The notes beneath the pieces were generated by a model. That model was given only the letters and a program-made list of their open reading frames with translations. It searched no databases and was not told where the DNA came from. The translations under genes and the position numbers were made by a program. This document shows positions 12,838 through 23,536 of a stretch of DNA of 64,000 nucleotides, in pieces. The stretch is from Microcoleus sp. (lineage in GTDB: Bacteria; Cyanobacteriota; Cyanobacteriia; Cyanobacteriales; Microcoleaceae), in contig CP181291.1 of assembly GCA_052279835.1 (NCBI GenBank), forward strand, positions 1,504,001-1,568,000. The letters are read 5' to 3'. Numbering within the stretch: the stretch's first letter is position 1; each line of letters begins with the position of its first letter.

Positions 12838-13670
12838 AGGACATTTCTAAATTAAGGTGCGACACCTAACAACGACCATAGTGCAACAAAGCAGACCGAC
12901 TGGCGGATCTGTCAAGGGTACTTTGCTGAAGAGACAACACAGCTTCACAAGAATAGTTAAGCATAATTATAGGAGCCACGGTCATTGATTGGGTCAGGCG
13001 ATCGATCTGGGAGCTCTCCTAAAGGTAGAGGCAGAGCTATTCTCACTACTTCACTCAGTCCTAGACCCAAAGGGCATCGGTAAGCTCGAATGATAGGATG
13101 GGTCAGGTGGGTTTTTTCTTTAAAGAGCACAGGAAAGTAGAGCGCTTTAATAATTGTAACAATTACTTCAGATAAATCCCATCAATTATATCTTTTTGAG
13201 CCAATTTTTAATAGCACTTTATCCGTTAGATTGATTGGGTAAAACTCCTCTAAACATTGGCTCCCTATCGGAACTGATGGTGACTTTTTTTGATTCTCGA
13301 TTCATTTTGCCAGACACCTTTTGGTCCTAGTCTGATTGCCAGTTATCGTATAATGAATAGATCGCAGAGGCTGGTGTCGGTGCGATCGCCTTCTTTTCCA
13401 AGATACAATCTCCAGGGAAACCCTTGTTCAAAAATGTCTTCCCCGATTTTGAAAATTACCAACTTCCCCATAGCCATAACGCGATCGTATTAATGTACCC
13501 GCAGAGGGCGATCGCCCTGATTGTTTTATCTTCAGCGAGGTCAAATAATGAGATGATGGAATGGTCGATCGACTTTCACAACCCCCAGGGAATGAACATC
13601 AGCTCAAACAGCCCATACACTTGCTGAGGATTAGGGCGCTCGACAATCATCTTCCTAGCTTACTTAATCG

Positions 13671-14324
13671 ATGAAAAAAAACTCTAGTGACTATACCTAT
13701 TATTATACAAATAATCGTCCCAGATATCATCACGCTTATTTGCTATCCCCCCTTTTGGAAATGCTGGTAAAACTGCAAGCTACCAGCCAGAAAAAACTCC
13801 GAGTTTTAGATCTCGGCTGCGGCAATGGTAGCTTGAGTCACGTCATCGCAGAGCAAGGCTATGAAGTTGTTGGCGTGGATAATTCTGCACCAGGCATAGC
13901 AATTGCTCGTGAAAGTTTCCCGGAGTGTCAGTTTATCCAAGCAGATATTTACGCTCTCCCGGAAGTCGATCTACCGCATTCCTTTGATGTTGTCCTCGCC
14001 ATTGAAGTAATCGAACATTTACTTTATCCAAAAGAACTGGCAAAAGCTGCCCGAAAATGTCTTAAACCCGGAGGCACGCTAATTATTTCCACTCCCTATC
14101 ATGGTTATTTAAAAAATTTGATATTAGCAATTACTGGTAAAATGGACAATCATTTTACTGTACTTTGGGATAATGGTCATATCAAGTTTTTTTCGGTCAA
14201 AACCCTGTCAAAGGTATTAGAGATTGAACAATATACGGATATTGAGTTTAGATTTGCTGGGAGGTTTCCCTATCTTTGGAAATCAATGTTATGCTCCAGC
14301 AAATCCACAATTAAGACGAAGTAA
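13671..14324 (+). CDS. Class I SAM-dependent methyltransferase
   Basis: VLDLGCGNG, FDVVLAIEVIEHL, LKPGG motifs. Confidence 0.9.
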   Translation: MKKNSSDYTYYYTNNRPRYHHAYLLSPLLEMLVKLQATSQKKLRVLDLGCGNGSLSHVIAEQGYEVVGVDNSAPGIAIARESFPECQFIQADIYALPEVDLPHSFDVVLAIEVIEHLLYPKELAKAARKCLKPGGTLIISTPYHGYLKNLILAITGKMDNHFTVLWDNGHIKFFSVKTLSKVLEIEQYTDIEFRFAGRFPYLWKSMLCSSKSTIKTK

Positions 14325-14475
14325 TTCGATAGATGCTAAAATTACGACCAACTTGGAAAAAGTCAACCAATAAAATACCCGCTAAAAAATGCAAAATCAA
14401 TTGGGATGTTAAAACCGTTTAAAAGTCTAAACAAGCCTGGTAAAACAAACTAATAAAATCAATCATCAAAAAAAA

Positions 14476-15987
14476 ATGACAGTTGGCATCTGGATATTAG
14501 GCGATCAACTTTGGCACAATCAAGCTGCTCTCGCCAGCACACTTAATCTGAAAGAATTCCCCAAAATTATCTTAATTGAATCTGGGCAACAGGTTCTTGA
14601 ACGTTCCTATCATCGACAGAAGTTAGTTTTAATTTGGTCGGCGATGCGGCATTTTGCGGGAGAATTACGCGACAGTGGCTATCAAGTTACTTATGCGAAA
14701 GCGGCGGATTTTGAAACTCCTCTGAAAGTTTGGATTGAAACTGATAATATCACTGAATTGCGGGTGATGACACCGAGCGATCGACCTTTTTTACAAAAAA
14801 TCCAAAACTTGCAACTTCCCTGCCAAATTACTTTAATTGCTAACAACCAATTTTTGTGGAGTGAAGCAGAATTTAAAGATTGGGCATCCAGCCGGAAACG
14901 CCTGTTAATGGAAGATTTTTATCGAGTTAGCCGCCAGCGTTTCCAAGTTTTAATGGATGGAAATAAACCAGTTGGGGGTAAGTGGAATTTTGACAAAGAA
15001 AATCGCCAGCCACCAAAAGGTAAACTGAATACACCGCCAGCTATTTGGTTTGAGCCGGATGAAATAACTCAAGCAGCGATCGCCGATGTTAAGGCTCTAT
15101 CTTTCCCAACTTACGGAGATGTGGAACCTTTTCGCTGGGGCGTGACGCGAGAGCAAGCTTTGCAAGTGTTAAATAATTTTATCACCCAAAGTCTCCCCAC
15201 CTTTGGCCCTTATCAAGATGCGATGGTAACGGGGGAGGAAACCATGTGGCATTCGCTTATTTCTCCTTATTTGAATATTGGCTTACTGCATCCTTTAGAA
15301 GTTATTCAAGCGGCGGAAACAGCCTACTTGGAAAATGACTTAAATTTAAACGGCGTTGAGGGTTTTATCCGCCAAATTCTGGGCTGGCGAGAATACATTC
15401 GGGGTGTTTATTTTGATGTGGATGCTGATTATTTTCAGAAGAATTGGTTCAACCACACTCAGCCGCTGCCGGAGTTTTTTTGGGATGCTAGCAAAACTGA
15501 TATGAACTGTTTGCATCAAGTTTTAAGTCAAGTCGAAAGCAGTGGTTACGCGCATCACATCCAGCGATTGATGATTTTGGGCAATTTTGGCCTAATTGCG
15601 GGCATCTCGCCACAGGAGCTGGAAAACTGGTTCCACAGTGCATTTATTGATGCCTATGACTGGGTAATGCAGACCAATGTGTTGGGTATGAGTTTGTTTG
15701 CGGATGGGGGTGTGTTGGCGTCTAAACCCTATGCTGCGTCTGCGAACTATATCAATAAGATGAGCGATTATTGTCGGGGTTGTAAGTACGATCGCACGGT
15801 GCGATCGGGCGAAAATGCCTGTCCCTTCAATTTTTTTTACTGGGACTTCCTGGCGCGTCACCGGGAAAAATTGCAGTCGATCGGGCGCATGAGCTTTATT
15901 TTAGCCAATCTGGACAAAATGTCCTCCGCAGAGCTGGCAACTATTACCCAAAAAGCCCATGAATGGCATTTAGTCAGTAGTCATTAG
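14476..15987 (+). CDS. Cryptochrome/photolyase-related protein (FeS-containing CryB/PhrB type)
   Basis: ILGDQL, HRQKL, GGKWNFDKENR, YAHHIQRLM; Cys pattern MNC...YCRGC...ACPF. Confidence 0.9.
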   Translation: MTVGIWILGDQLWHNQAALASTLNLKEFPKIILIESGQQVLERSYHRQKLVLIWSAMRHFAGELRDSGYQVTYAKAADFETPLKVWIETDNITELRVMTPSDRPFLQKIQNLQLPCQITLIANNQFLWSEAEFKDWASSRKRLLMEDFYRVSRQRFQVLMDGNKPVGGKWNFDKENRQPPKGKLNTPPAIWFEPDEITQAAIADVKALSFPTYGDVEPFRWGVTREQALQVLNNFITQSLPTFGPYQDAMVTGEETMWHSLISPYLNIGLLHPLEVIQAAETAYLENDLNLNGVEGFIRQILGWREYIRGVYFDVDADYFQKNWFNHTQPLPEFFWDASKTDMNCLHQVLSQVESSGYAHHIQRLMILGNFGLIAGISPQELENWFHSAFIDAYDWVMQTNVLGMSLFADGGVLASKPYAASANYINKMSDYCRGCKYDRTVRSGENACPFNFFYWDFLARHREKLQSIGRMSFILANLDKMSSAELATITQKAHEWHLVSSH

Positions 15988-15997
15988 TTATTGGTTG

Positions 15998-16129
15998 TTG
16001 GTGTCGCCCTGCCCTTAGACATCGAATTCTGGGCGGTTGTTTACCTCTACTTTGGTTGGAGAAATCCTGTCAAAGCAAGTTGGCTCGTAGAATAAAGAAT
16101 CCCCGCGCGTTTACGCCGGGGAGTGTGAA
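15998..16129 (+). mobile_element. Non-autonomous IS200/IS605 (TnpB-type) derivative
   Basis: Left hairpin CGCCC...GGGCG joined to a segment resembling the tnpB 3'/omega-RNA end (AGCAAGTTGGCTCG...AAGAATCCCCG...CGGGGAGTGTGAA); resemblance is from recall. Confidence 0.55.
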
Positions 16130-16153
16130 CGAAATTGATATTATTTTTCCCCC

Positions 16154-17893
16154 ATGTTCATCGCCCCCTTGCACAAATTTCTGACTGCCACAAATCATGA
16201 TGATAAATCTCGATCGCGCACCATCTTTTGGTTAGCTTTAAGCTTGACATTTGCCGCAATCTATGGTTGGTTAGGGCTAAGACAAGCCTTCGGTGGCGAG
16301 TATATCGTGCAAGACGATGCCAGACAACACGTTTTCTGGATGATGCGATTTGTCGATCGCGATTTGTTTCCCAACGACTTCATTGCTAACTACTTTCAAT
16401 CCATCAGCCCCACAGGCTACAGCACGCTCTACAAAATAGCAGCCACAATTGGCATCTCTCCCCTATTATTTCACAAAATATTGCCGCTTTTCCTCAGCTT
16501 AATCTCCACTTATTACTGTTTTAGCATTGCCCTAGAAATGTTGCCAGTGCCGATGACTGGATTTATTGCCTCTGTGCTGCTAAACCAACATATGTGGATG
16601 ACAGACGATTTGGCTTCCACAACGCCCAGAGCCTTTATCTATCCGATATTTCTCGCTTTTTTATATTATTTGCTGCGACGTTCCCTGCTGGCTTGTTTAG
16701 GGGCGATCGCCTTAATCGGACTATTTTACCCTCCTTACGCATTGGTAGCTGCGGGTATCTTAGTTTTGCGGTTGCTGGATTGGGAAAAAGGTAGTTTGCG
16801 CTTGTCGCGCGATCGCACAAATTACCTATTTTGCACTACAGGTTTAGGAGTTGTGTTTTTAGTAATGCTACCCTATGCCCTAGATAAATCGGAATTTGGT
16901 CCCGCTTATACAGCAGCAGAAGCTAAAACAATGCCCGAATTTGCGCCCCAAGGCCGAAATGCTTTTTTTCGTCCAAATCCCCTAGATTATTGGCTGACTG
17001 GCCGGGGTAGTGGGATGTTTCCCAAGTCCCTGTTTACCCCCGTTACTCACTGTGCTGCATGGTTATTTCCGGTGCTATTGGTATGGCGATCGACATTTCC
17101 TTTAGCTAAGCAGATTCAAAGTAGTATCTGGCTGTTGCTGCAACTATTTTTAGCATCCTTAGTCATGTTTTTGGTTGCTCACGCTACGCTTTTTAAATTA
17201 TATCAGCCTGGGCGCTATACTGCTTATAGTTTGCGATTTATTGTAGTGTTCTTAAGTGCGATCGGCCTAACTTTGATCCTAGATGGAGTGGGAAATTGGG
17301 CCAAGACAACCGAAACCAAATTTAGCATCAAAAATATAGTAGCAATCATCACAACAGCGATAATTGCTGTGGTAGTTGTGCTTTATCCCTGCTTAGTGGA
17401 TAAATTTCCTAGCGTTGGGTATGTAGAGGGTAAAATGCCCGAATTGTACCAGTTTTTTCAGCATCAACCGCCAGATATTTTGATTGCTTCCCTAGCGCCA
17501 GAGGTGGACAACCTGCCAACTTTTAGTCAGCGCTCGGTTTTGGTAGGAAAAGAATATGCAGTGCCTTATCAAAAAGGCTATTATACTAGATTTAGACAGC
17601 GAGTTAACGATTTAATTCGCGCTCAATATAGTCCCGATCGCTCTGTGGTGCAAAAGTTTATTAATCAATATGGAATAGATTTCTGGATGCTAGAACGCCA
17701 AGCCTTGACTCTTGAGTACGTAAAGGATTACGGTTGGATAGAAGACTTTGATGCTACACCAAAGGCGATCGCCTCTCTCACACAAGGGAAAATTCCTGTG
17801 TTAGCTGAAGCAATGACAAGTTGTGCAGTTTTTCAGAATGATGTTTTAGTGGTTTTAGAAACATCTTGCATTGCAAAATTGACTGGGAGTTAA
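16154..17893 (+). CDS. Polytopic membrane protein, putative GT-C-fold glycosyltransferase
   Basis: Many TM segments; DD motif (QDDARQH) in the first loop after TM1; soluble C-terminal domain. Confidence 0.5.
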   Translation: MFIAPLHKFLTATNHDDKSRSRTIFWLALSLTFAAIYGWLGLRQAFGGEYIVQDDARQHVFWMMRFVDRDLFPNDFIANYFQSISPTGYSTLYKIAATIGISPLLFHKILPLFLSLISTYYCFSIALEMLPVPMTGFIASVLLNQHMWMTDDLASTTPRAFIYPIFLAFLYYLLRRSLLACLGAIALIGLFYPPYALVAAGILVLRLLDWEKGSLRLSRDRTNYLFCTTGLGVVFLVMLPYALDKSEFGPAYTAAEAKTMPEFAPQGRNAFFRPNPLDYWLTGRGSGMFPKSLFTPVTHCAAWLFPVLLVWRSTFPLAKQIQSSIWLLLQLFLASLVMFLVAHATLFKLYQPGRYTAYSLRFIVVFLSAIGLTLILDGVGNWAKTTETKFSIKNIVAIITTAIIAVVVVLYPCLVDKFPSVGYVEGKMPELYQFFQHQPPDILIASLAPEVDNLPTFSQRSVLVGKEYAVPYQKGYYTRFRQRVNDLIRAQYSPDRSVVQKFINQYGIDFWMLERQALTLEYVKDYGWIEDFDATPKAIASLTQGKIPVLAEAMTSCAVFQNDVLVVLETSCIAKLTGS

Positions 17894-17896
17894 GGT

Positions 17897-17944
17897 GAGG
17901 CAGAGCCTCTGGATATTGGTTCCCAGGCAGAGTGTGGGAACCAG
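17897..17944. repeat. Dispersed copy of the RAYT-associated REP
   Basis: GAGGCAGAGCCTC...GTTCCCAGGCAGAGTGTGGGAAC matches the units at 33100-33196. Confidence 0.8.
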
Positions 17945-17963
17945 AAAAGAGAAGATTCCGGTT

Positions 17964-17994
17964 CCCCCCTTATTAAGGGGGGTTAGGGGGGATC
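17964..17994. repeat. CCCCCCTTATTAAGGGGGG short dispersed repeat
   Basis: Palindromic core plus TTAGGGGGGATC; same core recurs in frame at 55723. Confidence 0.75.
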
Positions 17995-18149
17995 TAGACT
18001 GCGAAACCAACAAGAAAGATTATCGATTTAACCATCAACTTTTTGAATTTTAAGCGCTGCATTTTGGAATTGCACCACTACCAACGCTGACTGTTAGGAG
18101 CGATCGCCCAATACGCTATAATTCCCATAGGAGATAATGGTGCGGTTCA

Positions 18150-18758
18150 ATGACACAAGTTCTCGATCGCGAAATTCTCGATGGACGAGTGGTGCTCAAT
18201 GGCACCTGGGAGCAATTCAAGTTAATCCAGAAGGGCTCCGAAGATTCCCCTAGGGTAAAACTGTCTTTTTTTGCAGGTGCGATCGAGATTCTGATGCCGG
18301 GATTCCAACACGAACATTTTTCGGAAATCATTGGTTATCTGGTGACAACTTTTCTGCTGACACAAGGCATTAGGTTTTACCCTTCTGGTTCAATGACGCA
18401 AGAGAAGACAGGAGAAGTTTCAACCCAAGCAGACAAATCATTTTGTTTGGGGAAACCTAAGTCGATTCCCGATTTGTCGATCGAGGTGGTTTATACTAGC
18501 GGTGGACTGACAAAGTTGCCAAAATATCGGGCTTTGGGTGTGCCAGAAATCTGGTTTTGGGAGGATGGCACCTTGCGGCTATATCATCTCCGGGAAAATG
18601 GGTATGAGCAAGTCATTCAGAGTCAACTTTCAGGATTGGAAACCCTCGATATTGACTTGCTAAGACGCTGTATTTTGATGGGCGAAACTGATTTGGCTGA
18701 AGCGGTTAAGGTTTTTGGACAGGGAATTTCGACTGTTGGCGAAGGAAACAGAACATAG
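18150..18758 (+). CDS. Uma2 family (PD-(D/E)xK) endonuclease
   Basis: QADKSF, PDLSIEV, YRALGVPEIWFW. Confidence 0.9.
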   Translation: MTQVLDREILDGRVVLNGTWEQFKLIQKGSEDSPRVKLSFFAGAIEILMPGFQHEHFSEIIGYLVTTFLLTQGIRFYPSGSMTQEKTGEVSTQADKSFCLGKPKSIPDLSIEVVYTSGGLTKLPKYRALGVPEIWFWEDGTLRLYHLRENGYEQVIQSQLSGLETLDIDLLRRCILMGETDLAEAVKVFGQGISTVGEGNRT

Positions 18759-18830
18759 ATCCGGGGTCAAGTTGGTAGAAAATGAAAATCATACAAATAC
18801 TCGATCGCACCTTATCTCTTTAGCAAAAAC

Positions 18831-20423
18831 ATGGCAACACTATACGTCAACTCCGCCACAGGTTCCGATGCAGCCGCCGGTAGCCAAGGGGCCCCATTGA
18901 AAACTATAGCCCGCGCGATCGGTATCGCCCCCTACGGAACGATCGTTCAGCTAGCCAGCGGAACTTACAGCGCAGCCAGTGGCGAACAATTCCCCCTAGA
19001 CATTCCCTCTGGAATCAAAATAATCGGTAATGAATCCAACAAAGGTAGCAGCATTATCATCCAAGGAAGCGGCAAATTTGTCAGTCCCAGCGCCGCTGGT
19101 CAAAATGTCACTATACTCCTAGGAACCGATGCCGAATTGCGCGGAGTAACTGTCATCAATCCTGACATTCGCGGCACCGCAGTTTGGATTGAATCAACTT
19201 CTCCCACTGTGGCTAACTGCACTTTGACTAAATCCAAGCGGGAAGGAATATTTGCCACCGGCACTGCTAATCCTGCTATTCTCGATAACATCTTTTTGGA
19301 AAACTCTGCCGCTGGCGTGATTATGGCTGGTAGCGCTAAAGGTGTACTCCGGCGCAATACTTTTCAAAATACAGGTTTTGGTATTTCTCTACAAGCTCAG
19401 TCCGCTCCTTTGATTGTGGAAAACCAAATTTTGCAAAATCGCTCTGGGATTGTCCTCGCAGGCGATTCACAACCAACTATACGCAAGAATCGCATTGAAA
19501 GAAATGTGGAAGACGGCTTGACAGTAGTGGGGAAAGCAATGCCTGATGTTGGTACTGCTCAAGATTTGGGTGGTAATGTGTTTGTCAATAACGGTGAATT
19601 TGACTTGCAAAACGCCACTGGGGTCAAAATTTTTGCTGTGGGAAATCAGATTAATTCCTCTCTGGTGAAAGGTTTAGTTGAGTTGGGATCGGTGACACCA
19701 ACCCCAGCCCCAACTCCAGCCCCAACTCCAACTCCAACCCCAACTCCCACTCCAACTCCCACTCCAGCCCCAACTCCCACTCCAGCCCCAACTCCAGCCC
19801 CAACTCCCACTCCAGCCCCAACTCCAACCCCAGCCCCAACTCCTGGCGGCATTCAGTTTAGCGACATCAGCACTCACTGGGCTAAGGATTTTATTGAACG
19901 TTTGACAAACATGAATATTATCCGTGGTTTTCCTAACGGCACTTTTAAGCCGGATCAAGGTTTGACAAGGGCTCAGTACGCTGCTTTGCTGGCGAAGGCT
20001 TTTGAACTTGCTCCTCGCCGGGATGCAACCAATTTTAAGGATGTGGCGGCGGATTTTTGGGCACAAACGGCGATCGAAAAAGCTAATCGGGCTGGCTTTT
20101 TGGCTGGATATCCTGACACCACCTTTCGCCCAAATCAGAATTTGACTAGGGCTCAGGCTGTTGTTTCTTTGGTCAATGGTTTGCAGCTTGTGGGCGGAAA
20201 CCCCAATTCTTTGAGCGTTTACAGCGATCGAGCTTTGATTCCCAGTTTTGCCACCGCTCAGGTAGCAACGGCCACAGAGCGTAAAATGGTGGTGAATTAT
20301 CCAGCGCGCGATCGCTTTTCCCCAGCCCGCGACATCACCCGTGGTGAAATATCCGCTCTCATCTACCAAACTCTAGTCGCCACCAATCGAGCCCAGCCGA
20401 TTAATTCTCCTTACATCGTCTAG
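18831..20423 (+). CDS. DUF1565/beta-helix protein with Pro-Thr linker and SLH domains
   Basis: [10 protein letters not shown]...PLKTIARA start, parallel beta-helix repeats, (PT/PA)n linker, FSDISTHWA and [19 protein letters not shown] motifs. Confidence 0.88.
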   Translation: MATLYVNSATGSDAAAGSQGAPLKTIARAIGIAPYGTIVQLASGTYSAASGEQFPLDIPSGIKIIGNESNKGSSIIIQGSGKFVSPSAAGQNVTILLGTDAELRGVTVINPDIRGTAVWIESTSPTVANCTLTKSKREGIFATGTANPAILDNIFLENSAAGVIMAGSAKGVLRRNTFQNTGFGISLQAQSAPLIVENQILQNRSGIVLAGDSQPTIRKNRIERNVEDGLTVVGKAMPDVGTAQDLGGNVFVNNGEFDLQNATGVKIFAVGNQINSSLVKGLVELGSVTPTPAPTPAPTPTPTPTPTPTPTPAPTPTPAPTPAPTPTPAPTPTPAPTPGGIQFSDISTHWAKDFIERLTNMNIIRGFPNGTFKPDQGLTRAQYAALLAKAFELAPRRDATNFKDVAADFWAQTAIEKANRAGFLAGYPDTTFRPNQNLTRAQAVVSLVNGLQLVGGNPNSLSVYSDRALIPSFATAQVATATERKMVVNYPARDRFSPARDITRGEISALIYQTLVATNRAQPINSPYIV

Positions 20424-20579
20424 GAGTATGGGGAAGGGGGACAAGGAAGATTTGCCATCAAACTTGAGTCTGCTTTTTTCTCTTCTTCCCCTCTCCCAAG
20501 TCTCGATTTCCCAGTACCGAATCGTTTTATGATGGGATCTTAAGAAATTAAGTAATCATTAAGGTTCAATTGTCAAATT

Positions 20580-20912
20580 ATGGCTACAATTCAATTTTCC
20601 CGTGGTATGGACGAAGATTCTGTGCCAGAAGTGCGTCTAACTCGTTCTAAAAGCGGCAGTCAAGGCACGGCTACTTTTATCTTTGAAAATCCGAAAGCTC
20701 TAACTACCAGTACAGAAGACATTACTGGGATGTACATGATTGACGAAGAAGGTGAAATCATAACTCGCGAAGTTAAGGCTAAATTTGTCAACGGTCAGCC
20801 TGCTGGTTTGGAAGCTCTTTATTTAATGAGAAGTAAGGAAGAATGGGAGCGTTTTATGCGTTTTATGGAACGCTACTCTGAAGCTAATGGCTTAGGATTT
20901 AGCAAGGCCTAG
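20580..20912 (+). CDS. psb28: Photosystem II assembly factor Psb28
   Basis: IQFSRG...PEVRLTRS...[13 protein letters not shown]...[11 protein letters not shown]. Confidence 0.95.
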   Translation: MATIQFSRGMDEDSVPEVRLTRSKSGSQGTATFIFENPKALTTSTEDITGMYMIDEEGEIITREVKAKFVNGQPAGLEALYLMRSKEEWERFMRFMERYSEANGLGFSKA

Positions 20913-21145
20913 GTTGTTTGTTATTGGCTATTGGTTATTGGTTATTGGTTATTGGTTATTGGTTATTTGTGGTTGGTTATTTGTTATAATAACGAACAAC
21001 ACAAAAAAACAGCTACAACTAACAATAAACAACCCCTAGATAACCAATAACCAACAACCCTTCGACTACGATCAGGGCATCGCCAACAACAAATAACCAA
21101 CAACCAACAACCCATAACAAATAACAAATAACCAATAAAAAATAA
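20913..21145. repeat. Inverted STRR heptamer tracts (TTATTGG)n/(CAAATAA)n
   Basis: Tandem heptamers in both orientations. Confidence 0.85.
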
Positions 21146-21155
21146 CTTATTTTAT

Positions 21156-21662
21156 ATGACGCAAATTCCTCATCCTGATTTATCTGAAATGACTGTGAAT
21201 TGTGCTGTTGTTACTGTTAGTGACACCCGCTCTGCTGAAACAGACCAGAGTGGTGTTTTAATTAAGAAGTTGCTGAAAGATGCTGGTCATTTTGTGGTAG
21301 CTTACACAGTTATTAAAGATGATTCGGCAAAAATTGTATTGCAAATTCAGGCTTTTTGCGATCGCGAAGATGTGGATGCGATAATTTTTAGTGGCGGTAC
21401 TGGTATTTCTCCGCGAGATACTACTTATGATGTGATGGAGAGTTTGTTGGACAGAATTTTACCGGGGTTTGGGGAGATTTTTCGGTTTTTGAGTTATCAA
21501 GAAATTGGTTCTAGGGCGATCGCCTCTCGTGCTGTAGCTGGCGTTTATAAAGGCAAGTTAGTGTTTTCTCTTCCCGGCTCTAGTAATGCAGTGAAACTGG
21601 CGGTTGAGAAGCTCATCCTACCAGAATTAGTTCATTTAGTCCAGCAGTTGCGGGGTGTCTGA
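21156..21662 (+). CDS. moaB: Molybdenum cofactor biosynthesis protein MoaB/MogA
   Basis: VTVSDTR, GGTGISPRDTT, SRAVAG, LPGS. Confidence 0.88.
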   Translation: MTQIPHPDLSEMTVNCAVVTVSDTRSAETDQSGVLIKKLLKDAGHFVVAYTVIKDDSAKIVLQIQAFCDREDVDAIIFSGGTGISPRDTTYDVMESLLDRILPGFGEIFRFLSYQEIGSRAIASRAVAGVYKGKLVFSLPGSSNAVKLAVEKLILPELVHLVQQLRGV

Positions 21663-21746
21663 GGGGTGAATATGCCACGACAAATCAGATAGCGCCAGCA
21701 TCTCCCTAACCTGCTACATATCTGACTAACTGAAAATTATTCAGAA

Positions 21747-22673
21747 TTAACCTTCTAGCCTTTGGCTCCTTAGCCTCCATTCTATCTCATTCATGAATGA
21801 GTTAATCAGACCTATTACTTCCTGACCTCCATCGTTAGGGAGTATTATTTGGTAATAACCAAGTATCCCCCCACCTCCATCGTTATCCAAGATTTGTTGG
21901 TAAGAACCAAGCATAAAGGGACGGCGGTTGGTAAACAACAGACGGATATTTCGGTAGTTATTACGTCGATAGCGGGACTCACCACCATAAATTCCAAATT
22001 TGTCAGAAAGTATTCCTAAATGCCCGTAAACCTGACTCTCGGCTCCTCTAAGTTGATTTAAAAGGGATAATTGCCTGCGAAATCTTCCTAAGTAAATAAC
22101 GGTAACAGTATTAGCTTTGACATCTAGTTCTAAGTAGGTAGACCCCTGGTAAAAAACGATGCTAATTCCTAGTATAAATAACAATAATCCCACAGGTAAA
22201 AGGAAGAACATAAAAAAATTGCTGGCACTCTCATAGGATGCGTAGATATCGAGCTTCCATATTTTATCGCCATTATTCAATTTAGCTAAACCCGCGTTAA
22301 TCGCTTGGATATTTTGAAGGTTGTTAGATGTCGGTTCCAGAACCATCCAAGGTTTTGAACTGGTGAGGACAATGGTTTCGCCGTTCGGTTTCTGAGAGGC
22401 GATCGCCTTTTTAGTATGGGGGATTTCAATAGTTTTGCCATTGATAAATCCCGGAATTACATACTTGCAATTTACAGCTTGCTGCTGTTTTTGACAGGTA
22501 AGAGTTCGAGGTAATCTAACTTCCCATATTATTGTAACACATAATAAATTAAAGCAAGTAACAAAGCCAAAGTACATCAACATAAATACCCAAAAATATA
22601 ATCCTGGAATTCGATGAATCACCAAAAGCTCGGGGTTGGGTTTGTGAGTAGTATATTTTGGTAAAATATTCAT
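21747..22673 (-). CDS. Hypothetical membrane protein
   Basis: 308-aa ORF, two hydrophobic segments, short internal duplication near the C-terminus. Confidence 0.6.
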   Translation of the reverse strand: MNILPKYTTHKPNPELLVIHRIPGLYFWVFMLMYFGFVTCFNLLCVTIIWEVRLPRTLTCQKQQQAVNCKYVIPGFINGKTIEIPHTKKAIASQKPNGETIVLTSSKPWMVLEPTSNNLQNIQAINAGLAKLNNGDKIWKLDIYASYESASNFFMFFLLPVGLLLFILGISIVFYQGSTYLELDVKANTVTVIYLGRFRRQLSLLNQLRGAESQVYGHLGILSDKFGIYGGESRYRRNNYRNIRLLFTNRRPFMLGSYQQILDNDGGGGILGYYQIILPNDGGQEVIGLINSFMNEIEWRLRSQRLEG

Positions 22674-22762
22674 GATTTGAAATAAAACTGATCTGCTAGA
22701 AGAACCAGGGCGTTTGCTAACTTTCTGCTATTAAGTGTTTTTACTACAAACTTATTCCTGCG

Positions 22763-22847
22763 GTTTAACGACAAGCTCACCCGCCAGCGAAAGGCAAATG
22801 AGGAACGAATGGAGCTTTAGGCGGTGGGGTGCAGCGCCTTGTTCGGC
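22763..22847 (-). mobile_element. Integron attC recombination site
   Basis: Minus strand: R'' GCCGAAC, 5-nt spacer, L'' GCTGCACC, central loop, L' GGTGAGC, 5-nt spacer, R' GTTAAAC; extra base in L''; begins 7 bp after the GNAT stop. Confidence 0.85.
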
Positions 22848-22854
22848 CGTCGTT

Positions 22855-23412
22855 TTACCCCTTTATATCCAGTTCGCTCGCTAATATGCCGTATCGTAAA
22901 TCGTCATGGAATTGTCCCCCTTTGCAAAAGTGTTCGCGCGAGCATCCCTCGTAACTCATGCCAATTTTTTGCATCACACGGCCTGAAGCAGGGTTACATT
23001 TAAGATGAGCAGCGTGAATACGATGGAGATTCAAGGATTTGAAACCATAGGATAGAACTGCTTTTGCTGCTTCGGTGCAGTAGCCTTGACCCCAGTAAGG
23101 CTCACCGATCCAATAACCAAGTTCGGCATTATTATTCCTATTGTCTATTCCGAGTCCGATTGCACCACATAAGAGCATTCCTTCTCGAATGACTATGGCA
23201 AAATCGACGACTTCTCCCTTTTCATGCTTTGCCCGTTGAGAAGAAATCCACTGTTGGGCCATGCCATCCTGATATGGGTGGGGCATATTGAGTGTCGTCG
23301 CAGCAACTTCATAGGCCCCTGCCAATCGCTGCACGATAGGAGCATCTTCTAAAGTAAATGGCCTTAAAATGAGCCGTTGCGTTTGTAAAGTAGGACATAT
23401 TTCCATACGCAA
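22855..23412 (-). CDS. GNAT (RimJ/RimL-like) acetyltransferase, cassette-borne
   Basis: LQTQRLILRPF, AELGYWIG, YWGQGYCTEA, NPASGRVMQKIGM. Confidence 0.92.
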   Translation of the reverse strand: MRMEICPTLQTQRLILRPFTLEDAPIVQRLAGAYEVAATTLNMPHPYQDGMAQQWISSQRAKHEKGEVVDFAIVIREGMLLCGAIGLGIDNRNNNAELGYWIGEPYWGQGYCTEAAKAVLSYGFKSLNLHRIHAAHLKCNPASGRVMQKIGMSYEGCSREHFCKGGQFHDDLRYGILASELDIKG

Positions 23413-23536
23413 AATCTTAATTCATGACGTGGCTGTATCCAATCAAGCTGCGCGCGACGGCAGAACTATTAATTGTACGGCTGTTGCGGTATAAGAGAGT
23501 TAAAAATTTTATTATACCGCACACATTTTTCAAACG

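Noticed and set aside
13290..13660. Short ORFs or a possible gene remnant upstream of the methyltransferase
   Set aside because: No recognisable motif; cannot be supported without a search.
19694..19845. Tandem CCAACT/CCAGCC repeat
   Set aside because: Ordinary Pro-Thr linker between the beta-helix and SLH domains.
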